From Octopus sinensis (taxonomy: Eukaryota): DNA of 64,000 bases. Position 1 is the stretch's first letter. The number at the start of each line of letters is the position of its first letter. Below, one piece after another: positions 63,259-64,000 of the stretch. The stretch lies in NCBI RefSeq assembly GCF_006345805.1, contig NC_042999.1, positions 50,592,001 to 50,656,000 on the forward strand. Reading direction: 5' to 3'. Both the position numbers and the translations under genes were made by a program. The notes under the pieces are model-generated. The model worked only from the letters and a program-made list of their open reading frames with translations. It was not told where the DNA came from and ran no database searches.

Positions 63259-63504
63259 ATAGTTAGTATACATTTTTAAATAATATAAAAGATTGAAAAT
63301 AATAAAATACATTCATTGTTTCAGATTTGAATTCTTTTTTTTTTATTTATAAAACATTCAGGTTCTTTGCACTATAAACTTGTTAGTTAATTTTTGTAAT
63401 GTCTGAATATATTTCATACTTGTAATAAATTTCTTGATTAATTCACTGAACATATGTGAAAAATTTTAATGATTTTAAGCATGAGAAAATTAAATATTGC
63501 ATTA

Positions 63505-64000
63505 TATTCTATCTGTTCACGTCCGTTGCCAGCCTCGGCTGGCCCCGTGCCGGTGACACGTAAAAGCACCATCCGTTCGTGGCCGTTTGCCAGCTCTGTC
63601 TGGCCCCGTGTCGGTGGCACGTAAAAGCACCATCCGTCCGTGTCCATTGCCAGCCTCGGCTGGCCCCCGTGCCGGTGACACGTAAAAGCACCGTCCGCTC
63701 GTGGCCGTTTGCCAGCTCTGTCTGGCAACCGTGTCGGTGGCACGTAAAAGCACCATTCGTTCACGTCCGTTGCCAGCCTCGGCTGGCCCCCGTGCCGGTG
63801 ACACGTAAAAGCACCGTCCATTCATGGCCGGTTGCCAGCTCTGTCTGGCCCCGTGTTGGTGGCACGTAAAAGCACCATCCGTTCGTGTCCGTTGCCAGCA
63901 TCGCCTGGCCCTGTGCCGGTGACACGTAAAAGCACCATCCGTTCGTGGCCGTTCGCCAGCTCTGTCTGGCACCTGTGCAGGTGGCACGTAAAAAACACCC
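63505..64000. repeat. GC-rich ~60-bp minisatellite with alternating A/B monomers, related to the family E body
   Basis: A: GTCCGTTGCCAGCCTCGGCTGGCCCC..GGTGACACG; B: GTGGCCGTTTGCCAGCTCTGTCTGGC..GGTGGCACG; both followed by TAAAAGCACC; runs off the window end. Confidence 0.9.

Overview
AT-rich, repeat-saturated animal DNA. The tRNA-derived SINE families and dense TA/CA/GAT/AAT microsatellites suggest an octopus or other coleoid cephalopod; this is inference. Most listed ORFs are microsatellite or SINE artefacts, and no host gene is confidently identified; there is one weak candidate first coding exon at 52.1-52.2 kb (-). Real coding sequence is transposon-derived: a near-intact Penelope-like element (PLE; RT + C-terminal GIY-YIG, 756 aa, 42824-45094 -), a second PLE relic, mariner/Tc1 and Tigger-like relics, and two CR1-group LINE relics. 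The standout is a non-coding 534-535 bp tandem array (18561-20772), each unit carrying a type I hammerhead ribozyme. It has one inverted, circularly permuted unit plus about 3.15 direct units inside a (TA)n tract, which fits a retrozyme-like circular-RNA retroelement copied by a PLE enzyme. Other hammerhead remnants and fold-back inserts in (TA)n tracts, and a fixed-spacing CRE-like/CCAAT motif array in the PLE 3' region, point the same way. All coordinates, alignments and RNA folds were read by eye; SINE boundaries are approximate.
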